A stretch of 64,000 nucleotides of DNA from Lacrimispora sp. (lineage in GTDB: Bacteria; Bacillota; Clostridia; Lachnospirales; Lachnospiraceae), in contig NZ_DAIOXM010000002.1 in NCBI RefSeq assembly GCF_036758025.1, positions 211,341 through 275,340 on the forward strand, written 5' to 3'. The position numbers and the translations under genes were made by a program. This document shows, piece after piece, positions 52,170 through 61,863 of this stretch; positions within the stretch are counted from its first letter, which is position 1, and each line of letters opens with the position of its first letter. Under the pieces are notes generated by a model. The model was not told the DNA's origin and searched no databases. It worked only from the letters and a program-made list of their open reading frames with translations.

Positions 52170-52835
52170 TTATATGTGCCTCAATTTGCGGGCTGCAACG
52201 TTACCCAGGGACTGAATCAGCTGAACCAGAACCACCAGAATAATGACGGTCACCGCCATCAAGGGCATGTTAAGCCTTTCATAACCATAAACAAGGGCCA
52301 GATTTCCCACGCCTCCGGCGCCGATGGCTCCGGCCATTGCCGTGGCTCCCAAAAGTCCGATGGTGCCTGTTGTCAGGGCCAGCACCAGGGAGGCCCTTGC
52401 TTCTGGTATCAAGAAATACCAGATTACCTGAACTGTGCTGGCTCCCATGGTCTGGGCAGCCTCAATGATTCCCGTGTTCACCTCTAACAGGGAGCCTTCA
52501 AAAAGCCGGGCCAGATAAGGGGCTACGTGGACGATTAATGGAATCAGAGCCGCCACCGTTCCCACCCTGGTGCCTACCACCGCCTTTGTGAAAGGCATGA
52601 TCGCAACCATCATGATGATAAAAGGCACGCTCCGCACGATGTTGACGGTTGTGCTGGTAATGAAAAATACAGCATTGTTTTCCAGCAGACCGTCAGGTCT
52701 TGTAAGGACCAGGACAATGGCAAGAAGCATTCCCAAAAGGGCTCCTGCCACCAAAGACCAGCCCACCATATATAAGGTCTGGGAAGCCGCAAGGGCTAGG
52801 GTGGATCCCGGCACTCTTAAATAACTTTCAATCAT
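52170..52835 (-). CDS. metI: MetI-type ABC permease
   Basis: 221 aa, 5 TM segments, EAA-like IIEAAQTMGAS motif. Confidence 0.8.
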   Translation of the reverse strand: MIESYLRVPGSTLALAASQTLYMVGWSLVAGALLGMLLAIVLVLTRPDGLLENNAVFFITSTTVNIVRSVPFIIMMVAIMPFTKAVVGTRVGTVAALIPLIVHVAPYLARLFEGSLLEVNTGIIEAAQTMGASTVQVIWYFLIPEARASLVLALTTGTIGLLGATAMAGAIGAGGVGNLALVYGYERLNMPLMAVTVIILVVLVQLIQSLGNVAARKLRHI

Positions 52836-53854
52836 ACTGCTACCTCCTCAGACTCAAAATTCTCTTTTAAGTATTGTTCCACTTCTCTGATCTGCTCTTT
52901 GCTTCCCTTTACCTGAAGCCCGATAATGGTTAACACAGAGCCCTGCATTTCATTGACTGACATAAATAAGGTGTTGATTTCAGCCGTAAACCGTTTTCTC
53001 AAGTCAGGGGTAAAGGTATCACAGACATTTCCATTGAGGCACCGGACCCTGAAAATTCTGGAATTTTGCTTCTCTGCCGCCGCTGCCGCGAAAATGGATT
53101 CTGGAATGGTCTGATCCACAACCGTGTCCACAAATGCCTTTGTAATGGGCTGTACCGGTCTTGCAAAAACCTCCTTTACATTTCCCATTTCAACCACATA
53201 GCCGTCTTCCATCACCGCCACCTTGTTGCATATCTTCTGTACAATATTGATCTGGTGGGTAATGATCATAATGGTAATATTCAGCTCCCGGTTGACCTTC
53301 TGCAAAAGGTTTAAGATGGAATCCGTTGTCTTCGGGTCCAGGGCGCTGGTAGGCTCATCGCAGAGCAAAATGCTGGGATTTGTGGTTAAGGCCCTGGCAA
53401 TGCCAACTCTCTGCTTCTGGCCTCCCGACAACTTCCCGGGATATGTATCTGTCTTATCGGACAGTTCAACGAATTTCAGGATTTCATTGACCCGTCTTTT
53501 GATTTCGTCCTTTGGAGTGTGGTTAAGGATCAGGGGCATTGCTACATTTTCAAAGACGGTTTTGGCCTCCAGCAGATTGAACTGCTGGAAGATCATGGAA
53601 ATGTCCTTTCTGGCTTTTCGCAGGTTTTTTCCCTTTAATTCATTGATCACAACGCCGTTTACGGTCACCCGGCCGGAGGTGGGCCGCTCCAGGGCGTTCA
53701 CCATCCGGATCAGGGTGGATTTTCCTGCGCCGCTGTAGCCAACTACTCCGAAAATGTCCCCTTTGTCCACGGCTAAGTTTATGTCCTTACAGGCATGTAC
53801 CTGCATTTTTTTGCTGTTAAAGGTTTTCTCTACGTTTTCAAATTGAATGATCAT
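52832..53854 (-). CDS. metN: MetN-type ABC ATP-binding protein with C-terminal NIL domain
   Basis: GYSGAGKST Walker A, LSGGQKQRVGIARAL signature, LLCDEPTSALD Walker B, and a ~90-aa C-terminal regulatory domain. Start 53854 or 53872. Confidence 0.85.
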   Translation of the reverse strand: MIIQFENVEKTFNSKKMQVHACKDINLAVDKGDIFGVVGYSGAGKSTLIRMVNALERPTSGRVTVNGVVINELKGKNLRKARKDISMIFQQFNLLEAKTVFENVAMPLILNHTPKDEIKRRVNEILKFVELSDKTDTYPGKLSGGQKQRVGIARALTTNPSILLCDEPTSALDPKTTDSILNLLQKVNRELNITIMIITHQINIVQKICNKVAVMEDGYVVEMGNVKEVFARPVQPITKAFVDTVVDQTIPESIFAAAAAEKQNSRIFRVRCLNGNVCDTFTPDLRKRFTAEINTLFMSVNEMQGSVLTIIGLQVKGSKEQIREVEQYLKENFESEEVAV

Positions 53855-53880
53855 CGGATCGTCGCCCTTCATAGGTAGAT

Positions 53881-54798
53881 TCAGCGTTTTACGCCGTATT
53901 TGTCAATAACTCCCAGCTCTCCCATAAGCTTTTCCAGCTCCAGCAGTTTGCTTCCGCCAAAATCCTGGTAGGGTTTGCGCAGATGGCCGCCCGGAAGCCC
54001 CAGGATGTTTAATGCAGCCTTAATGACAATGGGGTTGGAAAATGTGTAAAGAGCCTGAAGAAGGGGGAACCATTTAAAATATTCCGCTCTGCCTTCTTCT
54101 ATAATATCGAAGGAAGTCCATGGTCTGGAGTAAAGCGCCGCTTCTTCCGGTATGATATTGCCTCCGATATTGGCGGTTCCTGTTCCTCCTACTCCAAGAG
54201 TTGGAATGACAATGGAGTATTTAGGGAAGTCGCAGCACATGATCTTTATTTTTCCTTCACAAAGCCTTTGAACCTGAACCAATTGTTCCACGCTGGAGGT
54301 GGCCTCTTTATCTACTACGAAGTGAGGATGTTTATCGGATAGGGTTTTTATGGTTTCAGGAGTTACTAAAACTCCAAGTCTTGACGGGTTATTATAAATT
54401 CCGCAGGGAATATCAACAGCGCTCATACATTCATCTAAGTGGGCAAGGGCGGCTGACTGGGGAACCAGTACATAAGGCGGTACCGTGAAAATGACACCGT
54501 CTGCTCCCTCTGCCTGACAGTATTTTGCAAAGTCCACGCTGGCCTCGGTTGTCAGGGCGGAAGCAGAGAAAAATACCGGAATTCTGCCCTTTGTCATCTT
54601 TATGACCTCATGAACGATTTCTTTTTTCTCTTCCAGTGATAAAAGAGTCACCTCACCGGCAGAGCCGAGAACGAAAAGCTGGGAGGTTCCGTACTTGATC
54701 TGACGTTCAATCAACGTTTCAAATGCTTTGTAATCAATCTTATTATCCTCTGTAAATGGCGTTGGCATAGCAACCCATGAGCCAGTTAAATTTATCAT
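53881..54798 (-). CDS. DapA/NAL-family (dihydrodipicolinate synthase-like) lyase
   Basis: 305 aa. (W)VAMPTPF..., GSAGE, and a Lys-containing VVDKEA block typical of the class I aldolase DapA family. Confidence 0.75.
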   Translation of the reverse strand: MINLTGSWVAMPTPFTEDNKIDYKAFETLIERQIKYGTSQLFVLGSAGEVTLLSLEEKKEIVHEVIKMTKGRIPVFFSASALTTEASVDFAKYCQAEGADGVIFTVPPYVLVPQSAALAHLDECMSAVDIPCGIYNNPSRLGVLVTPETIKTLSDKHPHFVVDKEATSSVEQLVQVQRLCEGKIKIMCCDFPKYSIVIPTLGVGGTGTANIGGNIIPEEAALYSRPWTSFDIIEEGRAEYFKWFPLLQALYTFSNPIVIKAALNILGLPGGHLRKPYQDFGGSKLLELEKLMGELGVIDKYGVKR

Positions 54799-54920
54799 GT
54801 TTTATTCCTCCTGCTTGTGCGAAAAACGTTTTGCTGTATATTAGCATACCATTCCTATAGGTTTTTGTATAATAGATAAAAAATACAACTGGTCATAAAA
54901 GCAACTTATAGCCAGAGGTA

Positions 54921-54960
54921 GAAAAAGCACCAGCGGAAAGTCTGTTCCTTCCGTTGGCGC
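54921..54960 (-). terminator. Rho-independent terminator after the chemoreceptor gene
   Basis: 10-bp stem (GCGCCAACGG / CCGCUGGUGC, one mismatch) followed by UUUUUC on the minus strand. Confidence 0.55.
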
Positions 54961-55040
54961 TTTATTGATATGATGGTCTTTTTTCTATTTTAATAATCTG
55001 TAAATCCTATCCAGAACTCACTTTTTCCAGTGGGGTTGTT

Positions 55041-57017
55041 TCAATTGTCAGTTGATTGCATTTCCATTTGATCGTAGTTTTCCAATAATTTAAACTTTAA
55101 AACTTCCTGATTTAATATCTGGGCCTGGGCGGATAGTTCCTCGCTGGAGGATGAGCTTTCCTGGGCTGTTGCGGCATTGGATTGAACCACATCCGACACC
55201 CGGGACACTCCTTCCCTGATCTGCTCCATTGCCTGAGCCTGCTCCAGGGAAGCGGCTTGGATTTCTCCGATCACTTGCTCCAAAAGGATGGACTTTTCAG
55301 CTATCTCTTTCAGGATTTCTGCCGTCTCATCGGTCTGCTTTCTCCCCTCTGAAACCGCCTCTGCCGTATGCCCGATAAGCAGGGCAGTCTCTTTTGCTGC
55401 CTCGGCAGATTTGGCTGATAAACTGCGTACTTCTCCGGCCACCACTGCAAAACCCTGGCCTGCATCTCCGGCACGGGCAGCCTCAACCGCCGCATTTAAA
55501 GCAAGAATATTGGTCTGAAATGCAATATCCTCGATGATTTTTGTAATTCCTGATATCTTTTCAGAAAACCGGCTCACTTCCTTCATAGCTGTATTCAGGC
55601 TTTCCATGTGCTTATTGCCGTCACTGACCCTTTCCACGGACTGATTTACATAATTAGAAGCAACCTTCACATACTCTGTGTTTTTCATGGCTTTTTCAGA
55701 AACGCGTTCAATGGAACCATTTAACCGGTCTACGGTTTCCGCCTGCATGGCTGAGCCGGAGGCAAGAGTCTGGGCAACACCGGAAACCTGGCCTGCTCCG
55801 TAGCTGACCTCCTGGGCGGAGGAATGAATATTTAAAATGATATCATTTAGGCGGGAAGCAATCATTTCCATAGAACTGCGTATGCCGTTAAATTCACCGG
55901 GGTATTCACAATCGCTTTGAACCGTAAGATTACCGCTGGATATCTCCTGCAAAAAGAAGGAAATGTCATAAATGATATCCCTGTATTTTCCTGCCATTTC
56001 ATTGACCTTTTCTCCGATTCCCCCTATTTCATCCCTGCGCTTCATTTTAAGCTCAATGTCCAGATTTCCGGCAGACAGCTTGTCAATGGCCTCAACTACC
56101 TGACCGATGGGCTTTGTGATCCGGTTGGTGATCCGAAGCATGGCTAAAACTGCAAGGGTCATGGAAACAAGTCCTAAAATGACGGCATTTAATATGGACT
56201 GGTTGACACCGGTCATAAATTCTGATTCAGAAGCCGTTACATTTACTGACCAGCCATTGGTATCTTTTACAGGAGCATAGGAACCGAACTTGCTTTCCCC
56301 TTTCCACTGGTAAAATTCAAAGCCTGTTTCACCACTAATCATGGCGGACTCCAGCTTTGCAATTTCCCCATATGCAGCCTGATCGGTCTTTGCAGCTTCT
56401 ATGTTATTTTGCTGTGACAACACCAGAGAAAAATCTTCATGAGCCACTTTTATGCCTTCACGGTTCAGGATGTAGGTGCTTCCCGTATCTCCGATCTTGG
56501 TATCCGCAATCATGGTTTCAAAAACAGAATAAGGGAACTCCAGCATAATGACCAGTTCGTCATAGGGATATGCGTATTCAAAGGTTATGGAGTCTTTGTG
56601 AATCAAAGGATCTGACAGAGAAGGGGTTCCGCTTTTTGCCTGAAGATATGGGCTGCTTTCTTCGTAAGATTTTCCATTTACAATAGACAGTCCATCGGAG
56701 GAAATGATATCAATATTTTTCAGGCCATACTGAGAGCATAAGATTCTTAAAAATATGTTGATGTTACCATCTTTTTGTACATTTCCCTTCATATAAAGAG
56801 CGATGGACTCAGATATGATGGAATACTCCTTTAGCTGCTGGGTTATCTTTTCTGATACCAGCTCCGAAGTCTCCTTTAAACTCTTTTCCAGGGACTTTCT
56901 TGTAGTTTCATAAGTCAGGTAAATGGAACCTGCGGACAGTACGAATACAATAGAAATGATACACGCCATCGTAAATGTCACCAGTTCTTTTCTTATGCCC
57001 TTGCGTTTCCTTTTCAT
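55041..57017 (-). CDS. Methyl-accepting chemotaxis protein
   Basis: N-terminal TM helix, ~250-aa extracellular sensor, second TM helix, HAMP domain, and the conserved signalling hairpin ([20 protein letters not shown]). Confidence 0.92.
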   Translation of the reverse strand: MKRKRKGIRKELVTFTMACIISIVFVLSAGSIYLTYETTRKSLEKSLKETSELVSEKITQQLKEYSIISESIALYMKGNVQKDGNINIFLRILCSQYGLKNIDIISSDGLSIVNGKSYEESSPYLQAKSGTPSLSDPLIHKDSITFEYAYPYDELVIMLEFPYSVFETMIADTKIGDTGSTYILNREGIKVAHEDFSLVLSQQNNIEAAKTDQAAYGEIAKLESAMISGETGFEFYQWKGESKFGSYAPVKDTNGWSVNVTASESEFMTGVNQSILNAVILGLVSMTLAVLAMLRITNRITKPIGQVVEAIDKLSAGNLDIELKMKRRDEIGGIGEKVNEMAGKYRDIIYDISFFLQEISSGNLTVQSDCEYPGEFNGIRSSMEMIASRLNDIILNIHSSAQEVSYGAGQVSGVAQTLASGSAMQAETVDRLNGSIERVSEKAMKNTEYVKVASNYVNQSVERVSDGNKHMESLNTAMKEVSRFSEKISGITKIIEDIAFQTNILALNAAVEAARAGDAGQGFAVVAGEVRSLSAKSAEAAKETALLIGHTAEAVSEGRKQTDETAEILKEIAEKSILLEQVIGEIQAASLEQAQAMEQIREGVSRVSDVVQSNAATAQESSSSSEELSAQAQILNQEVLKFKLLENYDQMEMQSTDN

Positions 57018-57437
57018 TTTTCGTTATCCTCCGATATCGTGTTTGTGCCTATACTGTTGTAATTTACAGCAGTTCAATGTGTATATCGGTCAATTTTTAG
57101 ATAACTATATGCACTTTACTAATGTTTTACAATAACTTATCTAATATTTTACAAATAAGGAAAGGACACTGGTGATGTGTCCAGTGTCCTGCTCAAGTTA
57201 AGTTCTTAGATTATTGCATTTCTTATCTGATTATGTTATATTATAATTATAAAGAAACAACCGCCCCTCTACAAGGGGTTGGCCTATCAAAGATGTAGAA
57301 ATTCCATCCTTCAACTGTCCAAAGTTTACAAGGATGGTTTTTCTTTGCCCATTTCTGGAACTTTATACCCTTTTAAGGGTATTGAAAAACCTAATTACTT
57401 ACGATTATCAACAATAAAAGTAAGCAGTGCGAGTTGC

Positions 57438-57923
57438 TTATTGATTCTTTTGAAGTGAAGCAATGGCAGCATCATACTTCTTTTTTCTTTCTTGATGCAA
57501 TTCTAAATTGTATTCAACTGGCTTATCTAAAATTGCATTTCGCAATTGTTCTAAGGCGATTGACCAACCCGTAACATCACGACTTCGATTCGGGAAATCT
57601 TCTGGCAATATATTCAGAAATTCTAACTGTGTTCCTTCTTGAAGTTGTATGATTTCAAAACGAACGGTTCCATTTGCTCCCCAGGTGTATGATAAAAGCT
57701 TTTCTGATTTAAATGCAGAAATAGGCATATGAATATCTTGTTGTGGCAACTTAAATATCAAATAACCTTGTTTATCTAATTTCCCTACCTCAATATCAGG
57801 AAACCACTTATAAATTTTTTCTGTTTGGGTTATATACTCCCATACTCGCTGTGGCATTTCTGGAATCAATAAAATGAACTTTGCATATAATGTTGAGCCT
57901 TCAAAGTATAGTTTTTCTTGCAT
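57438..57923 (-). CDS. SRPBCC/AHSA1-like small protein
   Basis: 161 aa. The pattern (VWEYITQ.E....WF ... SYTW ... GT.LEF ... GW...L..L) matches Activator-of-Hsp90-ATPase-homolog-like SRPBCC proteins. AT-rich codon usage differs from the flanking genes. Confidence 0.6.
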   Translation of the reverse strand: MQEKLYFEGSTLYAKFILLIPEMPQRVWEYITQTEKIYKWFPDIEVGKLDKQGYLIFKLPQQDIHMPISAFKSEKLLSYTWGANGTVRFEIIQLQEGTQLEFLNILPEDFPNRSRDVTGWSIALEQLRNAILDKPVEYNLELHQERKKKYDAAIASLQKNQ

Positions 57924-58581
57924 GCGTGTATTCTCCTTATTTATTTTTGTTATTAGACTACCTAAAATATATCATAATAAATGTTCGCTCTACTTTTCTA
58001 GGATAATTTGTCATATCAGAACTCATTAAGTTCAATATATTGACTCGTTGACCTAATGTGGGACAAAAACATTTTCCTACAAATTAGCTGGAATAATACC
58101 TTCTTTCTGATCTTGATATCAGAGATCATGTTTCCGTCTGCATCATAAGTAAACGATTATTGAATCATTTACTTCCAAGAGGCTCTGTAGGAGTTTGAAT
58201 GTTTAACAAAGAATTATTTATGCAGCAAAAAGGTTGATACTGACAAATTCTTACTGACTGTATCAACCTCTTTCTTCATCTGCCGTTCATAATATAACCA
58301 GGTATTCTTCCATAAAATTCCATTCAGCAAACATGTTGGTTACTTTACATACTTGGAGTATCGTTCCATAAAATTCATGATTTCATCCACATTCAAGATT
58401 CCTGTATTATCAAAAAATGTAATTTCTGTCTCATACATATTTTCACTTTTCACAGCAACCATAACTCTGGAATAGATTGACAATGCCCCATTAATCATAA
58501 TATTGCACTGAACATTCCACTCTGAAAGATTATTCTCCCATAAATCTGCACTATCATTTTTCTCTTGTACCTATTTTCAAT

Positions 58582-58956
58582 TTATTGCAGAGACATTGGT
58601 AAATCTTCATCTGCTACTTTTATATTAACCTGTCCATAAGCATAATATAGTACTTCTGTACCTTCAAACTTCACATGAACACAAGATCTATCATACAGGT
58701 ATACAATCTTTATTTCTGGATATATCTTTGGCTCAATATGATTCTTTATAGCATTACTAACATCTCTTAGTGTCTTTTCATTAATAATTTGACTAATTGG
58801 CGTCCCATCCGACAAAACCCCAAAATAAAGTTCTCCGTATTGATGTTTATTTAGAATGGCTACAATTGAAATCATTGCTTCCTTCATTTCTCCTGTAGAC
58901 TTTTTGAATTCTAGGTTCCTGTTTCCATTCCAAGTTTCAGTGTATTCCCCCTCTCT
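58582..58956 (-). pseudogene. Truncated AlbA_2 (Schlafen-like) domain gene remnant
   Basis: The open frame reads ...NLEFKKSTGEMKEAMISIVAILNKHQYGELYFGV..., the typical start of the AlbA_2 domain. However, LEFK lies upstream of the only ATG, and the frame stops after about 120 codons with no downstream ATPase/wHTH part. Confidence 0.55.
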
Positions 58957-58968
58957 TTACCAAATTAA

Positions 58969-61575
58969 TTATACATTTAATATTTTCTCTTCTGGAAAGA
59001 CTTTACCAATCCTACGACCCATTTCATCATTCGGATGTTCTTGATACATATAATATAACTGTAATAAAAACTCCTCATCTTCTGTCTCCACAACAACGTT
59101 TTTCAAGTAGCTTTTTAATACTTCCTCTTCAAATAATTTTTTTAGATTATCAGAGCTAATATAATAAGTATGTCCAGAACCAACCGAATGCCCTAAAACA
59201 TCGTACAGCATTCTAAATATATTTTTCCTATTAATGCGTTTTTTTACATAGCATTGAAATACGCTTAATTCATCTTTTAAATTGCGATATAACGCCCAGA
59301 TATTATGAAGATGATAATACTCGTCTGCATAGAGATCAATGTCATGATCAATGATATCTGAAACTATTCTATTTTCAATTCCTTTCCACTGCTCTTGTCT
59401 CCCCACAACATTCTTATTATCTTTGTCACTTTCAAACCAATATGAAATACTATTTACAGTTTCAATTTTATCATATTGCTTACTTACCTGTTTTAGAAAC
59501 TCTTCAAATTCCTCATCACTTAATCTTTGTATAAGTTCCCACATAATAATATGACAACGACTACGCGCACTCAACCCCATAAAGACTGATGAATTGTCAA
59601 TTCTCCATATATTATTAAATATCGCACATAAAAAATTATAGACTGATTGGTTACATATATCAGTCAGATACAACTCTATTCTTTCAAAAAATTCTTTATG
59701 TACTGATGTTGGTAGTTCTTTCAATAATTTATCGAATTCCAAAGAAATATTGTATCCTTCCTCGTTAATGGAATTAATAACATTCTCAATAAATCCTCCA
59801 AGCACCGAAAATTGATTTTCCGTTTCACTAAAATATAAGTCAAAATATTTTGCACTTGCTATTCCTCTTCTTCTTGCAATATTTTGATATTCTTCTCGAC
59901 CACCAAAAGAATATTGACTTTTCAGCTCTTGGTTTTTATTAAACTTCCCTGCGTATGGAAATAATACACCTAACAACTCCTTGTATTCAGAATTTACAGA
60001 AAACAAGTCACTAAAAAAGTTTTTTCCTTCTTGATTAAACTTCTCCATTGAAAATGAGGATACCCACAAGTCAGTATCATACATTGTATCTTCTGAAATA
60101 AAGTACTGTCGATTATTATATATAGACTTATATAGATCGTAATTATTCATTCTGATATATTCAATAACTATTTTATCTCTCTTTGATAAATTTGATCTAT
60201 CTGTTAAAGCTTTCACTGCTACCGAATTTATAAAACGTTTAAAATCTCGTATATCCTTTATATGCTTGGCTATATATATGATGAATTCATTATACTCTTT
60301 TGCCTCTTTATCCGATTTATCATATAAGGCGATTAAATTGGAAGTACATTTTACTACTATATTTTCCATTGCAGTACCATCAACTTCTGGCACTATAATC
60401 TGCATTTGTACAATTTTCTTAACATAGTCATAATCAATATTTAAATTGGTGTCAAATATTCTTTTAACTTTTTCATTGTCAAATGAAATTATATAAGTTA
60501 CTCTATCAAAATCCAAAACATTTCCTATTAATTTGAAAAGAAATATTATTTTGTCATCTTCAACTCTATCCAGATTATCAAGATATATAACGACTCGTTT
60601 ACCACAAAGCTTCAGATATTCATTGATTTGTTTTTTACTATCATTTGCATCTCTGTTTCCCCCAAAAAACGAAGAAATTAGGTTTGATTTTTCTGGAGAA
60701 TCTATAATTGCATTTGCCAGAATACTTATACTTCTCTTTATTTCAGAAGTATTCATTTTCAAATCATTACGCTTTATAATACAACTAAAAAAATTTTCAA
60801 CAATACTCTCTTCTGTCCCATAAGTCCATGGATCAAAATCATCTATAATAACTATACCTTTATCGGTTTCTTCAATAATTTTCTTCACATTCTTAAGAAT
60901 GGTTGTTTTTCCACTCCCCCACTTCCCCTCTAAGCTTATTACAAACTTGCCTTGCGGTTTAGTTGACAAAACAATATTAGTCAAATGATTTATAATTGAC
61001 TTTCGATTAAGTAAATCATAATCAACATCACGTTCTTCTAATAGAATCACTCCATTTTTATTCTTTATGCGATTCTCATACAATTCTTTTAAATCAACTA
61101 TGTTTGATTCATATAAGCCAGACTTTCTTTGTGCTTTTATATAATTTCTTCCTCTAGACCATGTCAAACCCATACTTACAAGAAAAAGTACAACTAATAA
61201 AATTAACTTATATGGATGAAACATTGAAAAAATAATAATTAAGAAAATGTATAGAAACGAAACCCATCCCACTACCTGCAATAAACAATCATAAAAATTA
61301 ATTGCAAGAATCTTTCTCCACTCTAACATATGTTTTTCATACAGGATGATTCCAAACAGAAGTAACACAAAAATCCCCACAAAACCAGACATTGCTGGTC
61401 CATATTTATTTATCAACTGAGTTGGATAATTTACATAATCTAGGAAAGCTGTAAGTGCCAACGTCAGCACAACATACTTTAAAATCGCGACAAAAGGATA
61501 CTTTAAATATACAGCATAAATATATTTTCTTTTAAATAAATCACTAATTTTCTTACTTCCGTTTTGTTCCCCCAT
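58969..61575 (-). CDS. KAP-family P-loop NTPase with four N-terminal TM helices
   Basis: LEGKWGSGKTT Walker A and VVIYLDNLDR Walker B (KAP-type DxLDR). 868 aa. Four hydrophobic helices within residues ~25-150. GAGGGGAAG RBS. Confidence 0.8.
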   Translation of the reverse strand: MGEQNGSKKISDLFKRKYIYAVYLKYPFVAILKYVVLTLALTAFLDYVNYPTQLINKYGPAMSGFVGIFVLLLFGIILYEKHMLEWRKILAINFYDCLLQVVGWVSFLYIFLIIIFSMFHPYKLILLVVLFLVSMGLTWSRGRNYIKAQRKSGLYESNIVDLKELYENRIKNKNGVILLEERDVDYDLLNRKSIINHLTNIVLSTKPQGKFVISLEGKWGSGKTTILKNVKKIIEETDKGIVIIDDFDPWTYGTEESIVENFFSCIIKRNDLKMNTSEIKRSISILANAIIDSPEKSNLISSFFGGNRDANDSKKQINEYLKLCGKRVVIYLDNLDRVEDDKIIFLFKLIGNVLDFDRVTYIISFDNEKVKRIFDTNLNIDYDYVKKIVQMQIIVPEVDGTAMENIVVKCTSNLIALYDKSDKEAKEYNEFIIYIAKHIKDIRDFKRFINSVAVKALTDRSNLSKRDKIVIEYIRMNNYDLYKSIYNNRQYFISEDTMYDTDLWVSSFSMEKFNQEGKNFFSDLFSVNSEYKELLGVLFPYAGKFNKNQELKSQYSFGGREEYQNIARRRGIASAKYFDLYFSETENQFSVLGGFIENVINSINEEGYNISLEFDKLLKELPTSVHKEFFERIELYLTDICNQSVYNFLCAIFNNIWRIDNSSVFMGLSARSRCHIIMWELIQRLSDEEFEEFLKQVSKQYDKIETVNSISYWFESDKDNKNVVGRQEQWKGIENRIVSDIIDHDIDLYADEYYHLHNIWALYRNLKDELSVFQCYVKKRINRKNIFRMLYDVLGHSVGSGHTYYISSDNLKKLFEEEVLKSYLKNVVVETEDEEFLLQLYYMYQEHPNDEMGRRIGKVFPEEKILNV

Positions 61576-61608
61576 ATGCTTCCCCTCATCTTAGATTATT
61601 GCATTTTC

Positions 61609-61716
61609 CTAATACTTATTATCATTCTTATCAACAGATACCATTTCAATAATATCCCCAATATCACACTTCAATGCATTACAGATTTTAACTTTTACAC
61701 AAAAACGCTTATAGTT
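61609..61716 (-). pseudogene. C-terminal remnant of a small XRE/YozG-type HTH regulator
   Basis: The minus-strand frame reads NYKRFCVKVKICNALKCDIGDIIEMVSVDKNDNKY-stop. KICNALKCDIGDIIE matches the C-terminal helix and tail of ~70-aa HTH_26 proteins. No start codon and no N-terminal helices are present. Confidence 0.4.
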
Positions 61717-61863
61717 CTATTATATCAAAATAAATTCAAGATACAACAAAATTTCACCTCCACATACTTCACTTTTATTGTTCTCAAATTCCTTTTCTGC
61801 AAATAATATAACTGGAATTTACTCTTGCACGTATTTTATATTTAAAACACTTTTCTTAAAATA

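Noticed and set aside
58119-58153. Minus-strand frame reading FTYDADGNMISD, reminiscent of an RHS/YD repeat. This would hint at a decayed polymorphic-toxin gene.
   Set aside because: Only one ~10-aa repeat-like match, bounded by a stop three codons upstream, with no further YD units or toxin/immunity signatures. Too short to distinguish from chance.
61564-61806. 80-aa plus-strand ORF upstream of the KAP gene.
   Set aside because: AT-rich low-complexity product with no RBS. It overlaps the minus-strand HTH remnant and the KAP 5' region.
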